Source of the DNA: Thermoproteota archaeon
GTDB taxonomy: Archaea > Thermoproteota > Thermoprotei > Gearchaeales > Gearchaeaceae
Length of the DNA stretch: 64,000 bases
Reading direction: 5' to 3'
Assembly (NCBI GenBank): GCA_032249235.1
Contig: JAVVGF010000001.1
Span: 416,001 to 480,000 of the forward strand
Shown: positions 60,676 through 64,000 of the stretch, in pieces
Layout of the letters: each line of letters starts with the position of its first letter
Numbering within the stretch: the first letter of the stretch is position 1
Notes under the pieces: generated by a model
Told to the model about the DNA's origin: nothing
Databases searched by the model: none
The model's input: the letters and a program-made list of their open reading frames with translations, nothing else
Made by a program: the position numbers and the translations under genes

Positions 60676-63474
60676 TCATCTTGAACTGAAATATTCAAAA
60701 ACTTTCTTCAATTTTTCTGTTTCAGCCTTTATTAAAGAGATATAAAATTCATCACTCTCTTCACTGTACTTGTTTAATAGTTTAAGAATATCTTTAAAGC
60801 TTGCATTCGAAGCGAAAGCTAGAATAGCGAGCAATTTTTTCTTTGATATTTCGTTAGCAATTCTTTCCCATTTCTTCTTCAATAGTAGTACTTTTCTATT
60901 CTTGCTTCCTGAGACTAACAATCTTAAGTATCTCAATACTTTTTGTTGTGGTAATTTAGAAATAGCAAGCTTACTAGATCCACAAAGTGGGCATTTCAAT
61001 TCTTGAATGTTCAAAACTATCTTAGTATCCACGTATTCAAGGCAATCAATGCAAAAGATGGTTATCATCTTACTATACAGTCGAGTTTTGAATGCTTCTA
61101 AGACAAATTTAGATGGATCTTTGCTAGCTGGAATAGCTGATTCATGAACTAAATATTTCAAAGCTTCCTTAGTAACGTTGCTCAATCTTTCTGAAATTCT
61201 AACTCCAATTTCTTTTTTAGCTAATTTCCTTGCAATCTCTTTAACGCCTACGATATCTAAGTCTTTATCAAAAAGTTCTTTAAGTGCTTCATCATAAACT
61301 GGAGTTCCCTTATATTGTCTAGCAAGTTCTATTAGTAGTTTTTTATCTATTGATGCATTTTTTCTTATAATTCCAAATCTTTTTGCTACATGTAGAAATC
61401 TAAATCTAAACAAACTATCGTTTTCATTAAAAATATTATTCATTAAATTATCTATATCCATATACGGTAATATTAACAATATATCTTTAATATCTTTTAC
61501 ATTAATTTCATTGCTTATTATAAAAACACGATATGCATCGTTATATATTCTGAAATTCCTTTTATACTTATCAGAAATAAGATAAGATAATATCTTTGCG
61601 AGTGCTTTATTAATTTTAGTACCGTAGCAAGAATTCAATATTATTGCTTCACTTGAATTCTCAATAAGGAATTCATTGAAATCTGCTATAGGAATGTTAT
61701 TTATACGATCTTCTTGCAAGATTTTTAATATTCGATGTTGTTCATCTGTATCTATTAGTGTATCATCAAGCAAATTTTTACCTTCATAAAGCTGCTTTCT
61801 CAAATACGATGCGTTATTTGCTATTTCTTTTTCAACAGGTATTTCTTCACCTACCCATGTTGGAACTATTCCAATCATATTTTCTGCTTTTTTACAAAAT
61901 AGTCTCTTTTTTTCTTCATCGATTTTAATAATTTCCCATGCTTCCCCTTTTAATATAAATTTAGTACCTTCTTCACCGTATTCAGCGATGAAATCTTCAT
62001 CAAGGACCCCAATAAATTCATTGTTATCAATATTGTATACTCCATACTGAACTTGATCAGGTATCATGCTTAAGTTTTCAAAATAATAAAGGTATGTGCC
62101 AGTAGCTTTTTGCAAAGTATCGACTTTTCTAAACAATATTCTTGGCTTCAAGTTTTCAAGAAATTCGATCAATCTCTCCAATTCTTCTCTCGTTAAATTC
62201 CTATAAGGATAAGCTCTTTTGACAAGCTCTAAAACATCTTCTATTTTAAGGCTACCGTATTCAAGTAGCAAACCTGTAATCTGATGGGCCAGTACATCCA
62301 TAGGCTTTTCAGGAATATTAATTTTTTCAAACTCTTGCTTTATCGCTTTCTCAGCTATAGCATATGATTCAAGAAAAGTATCAATCGTTGTTGCGATTAT
62401 TAACCCTTCTGCAATGCCTTTGAAATAATGTCCACTTCTACCTACTCTTTGAACTAATCTTGTTGCTTGTCTTGGTGAATTGTATTGGATTACATAATCG
62501 ATACTACCTATATCAATACCTAGCTCTAAAGAAGAAGTGCAAACAATTCCATTTATTTCACCAGCTTTTAATGAAGCTTCTGCATCTAATCTTGCTTCTT
62601 TCGATAATGAGCTATGATGAACAAATACGTTTAAACCGAGCAATCTTAGTCTGCTTGCAAGTATTTCTGCTTCGCTTCTTGTATTCGTAAATATAAGCGT
62701 AGATCTTTTTGATTTGAGCACTTCTTCAATCTTTTTTAGTCTAGCAAAGACTTCGGGATACGTTAAAATCTTTTCAGCTAATTCTTCATGTAGCTTATTA
62801 GGTTGAGGATAGGATATTTTGAATTTCATCAGTCTTTCTTCGTATGCTAAAATGATTTCACAATTTCTTCCTTTACCTACAAGAAATTCAGCTAGTTTTT
62901 CAGGTTCTCCTATCGTTGCAGATAATCCGATTAGCTGGAATTCTCCAGTCAGGAGCCTTAGCCTTTCTAAAGCTACGGCAAGTTGGGTTCCTCTTTTGCT
63001 TTCAGCCAATTCATGAATTTCATCTACTATTACATGCTTCAAAGTTCTGAGTTGTTCTCTTATGTTTTTGCTTACAAGAAGTATTTGAAGTGTTTCAGGT
63101 GTAGTTATTAGTAAATCAGGTGGCATCAATGATTGCTTTCTTCTCTCACTTGCAGGCGTATCTCCATGTCTTATACCGACTTTAAGATTTAATTTACCGC
63201 ACCAAATTGCGATCCTATCGAGTAAATTCCTATTAAGTGATCTTAAAGGAGTTATATAGAGAACCTTTATTCCTTTACTTTTATCATTTTTTATCATATC
63301 TAGAACTGGAAGAAGTGCAGCTTCCGTCTTACCTGTTCCCGTAGGAGAAATTAAAAGGACGTTTTTCTTGCTCAATATTACTGGAATTGCTTTTCTTTGA
63401 GGTTCAGTCTCTTCCTTATAGCCTAATTCATTCAACAATGCTTGCAACTCTTTAGAGAGCAATTTAAAACTCAT
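60676..63474 (-). CDS. lhr: Lhr-family ATP-dependent SF2 helicase
   Basis: PTGTGKT, TTPET, DEIH, SAT, ELGIDIG, QRVGRSGH; C-terminal CIDC...CPLC. Confidence 0.95.
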   Translation of the reverse strand: MSFKLLSKELQALLNELGYKEETEPQRKAIPVILSKKNVLLISPTGTGKTEAALLPVLDMIKNDKSKGIKVLYITPLRSLNRNLLDRIAIWCGKLNLKVGIRHGDTPASERRKQSLMPPDLLITTPETLQILLVSKNIREQLRTLKHVIVDEIHELAESKRGTQLAVALERLRLLTGEFQLIGLSATIGEPEKLAEFLVGKGRNCEIILAYEERLMKFKISYPQPNKLHEELAEKILTYPEVFARLKKIEEVLKSKRSTLIFTNTRSEAEILASRLRLLGLNVFVHHSSLSKEARLDAEASLKAGEINGIVCTSSLELGIDIGSIDYVIQYNSPRQATRLVQRVGRSGHYFKGIAEGLIIATTIDTFLESYAIAEKAIKQEFEKINIPEKPMDVLAHQITGLLLEYGSLKIEDVLELVKRAYPYRNLTREELERLIEFLENLKPRILFRKVDTLQKATGTYLYYFENLSMIPDQVQYGVYNIDNNEFIGVLDEDFIAEYGEEGTKFILKGEAWEIIKIDEEKKRLFCKKAENMIGIVPTWVGEEIPVEKEIANNASYLRKQLYEGKNLLDDTLIDTDEQHRILKILQEDRINNIPIADFNEFLIENSSEAIILNSCYGTKINKALAKILSYLISDKYKRNFRIYNDAYRVFIISNEINVKDIKDILLILPYMDIDNLMNNIFNENDSLFRFRFLHVAKRFGIIRKNASIDKKLLIELARQYKGTPVYDEALKELFDKDLDIVGVKEIARKLAKKEIGVRISERLSNVTKEALKYLVHESAIPASKDPSKFVLEAFKTRLYSKMITIFCIDCLEYVDTKIVLNIQELKCPLCGSSKLAISKLPQQKVLRYLRLLVSGSKNRKVLLLKKKWERIANEISKKKLLAILAFASNASFKDILKLLNKYSEESDEFYISLIKAETEKLKKVFEYFSSR

Positions 63475-63757
63475 GATTAATCAAAAGAAGTTTAGGAATA
63501 GAGGTCTCGCTCAGCCCAAAATATTTTTCTTCAGTAATGTTTGAAGACACTCTATTTCTTGATTCATAAATATCTATCTAGAATTAATACTTAATTCAGT
63601 TCGATTCTTAGAAATTATTTTTGTTAGCTCGGATTAAAGAAGATTGCCTTGAAAAAATAAGGTCTTCGTATTTATTGAAAGCCCATGTATTTTCCTTTTT
63701 GCTTTTATTGCATGCTCGCTTAAAAACAGGATATCTTACAAAGGATTTTATAATTTA

Positions 63758-64000
63758 ATGTATCAGAGATCAAGGTAGCTAAGCCTTGGATAGATGCTAA
63801 GAAATATCAAGCTGATAGATTGAGAGAGGCAAGATATGAGGCAGAATTGGCCGAACGTTTCCTAAACGATGGTCTTTTGAGAAATGCTGCAGCTAAAGCT
63901 TATCAGGCTGTGAAAGCTTTCATTGCAGGAATTTCAGTAGATTATAGAGAAGCCCTTTCAAAATACTATCCGGGTAAAAGAAGAATTTCTCCTACAAAAG
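63758..64000 (+). CDS. PaREP1 family (HEPN-like) protein, truncated by the window edge; start region out of frame
   Basis: KPWIDAKKYQADRLREARYEAELAERFLNDGLLRNAAAKAYQAVKA in the frame starting 63760; ATG 63758 is not in this frame. Confidence 0.8.

Noticed and set aside
63475-63750. ~280-bp gap upstream of lhr considered as a small gene, pseudogene or sRNA
   Set aside because: The frames I read are broken by stops with no recognisable protein; two CTGA motifs on the minus strand lack proper C/C' boxes and plausible guides; no GC-rich structure

Overview
AT-rich, very gene-dense core-chromosome segment from an archaeon. The gene content (DUF1512, DUF2258/ThermoDBP-like, PaREP1, free-standing ThrRS editing domain, short coalescin-type SMC, TFB, archease, A1:U72 tRNA-Gln, box C/D sRNA) points to a thermophilic, oxygen-respiring Thermoproteota/TACK lineage; the taxonomy is inference. 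About 60 CDSs, mostly housekeeping: serS, cysS, pyrG, purA, 2-oxoacid:ferredoxin oxidoreductase alpha/beta, sufS, ino1, A1-type heme-copper oxidase, rtcB, tfb, nadM, tldD/pmbA, tdh/kbl, lhr. Features missing from the ORF track are a solitary 5S rRNA, tRNA-Gln(CTG), a box C/D guide RNA and a 49-aa zinc-ribbon gene. No CRISPR array, integrase or transposase was seen. The most interesting items are: (1) a COG0523 metallochaperone GTPase inside the rtcB-archease operon; (2) a short Smc5/6-like SMC with a kleisin plus Nse1/Nse3-like kite pair about 10 kb away; (3) a core-only TFB paralog directly behind tfb; (4) a PMT+GT87 double GT-C fusion whose 3' end is antisense to a tRNA; (5) a Trm9/ALKBH8-like methyltransferase with no canonical start codon. 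All family calls come from recognising motifs by eye; no database search was run.
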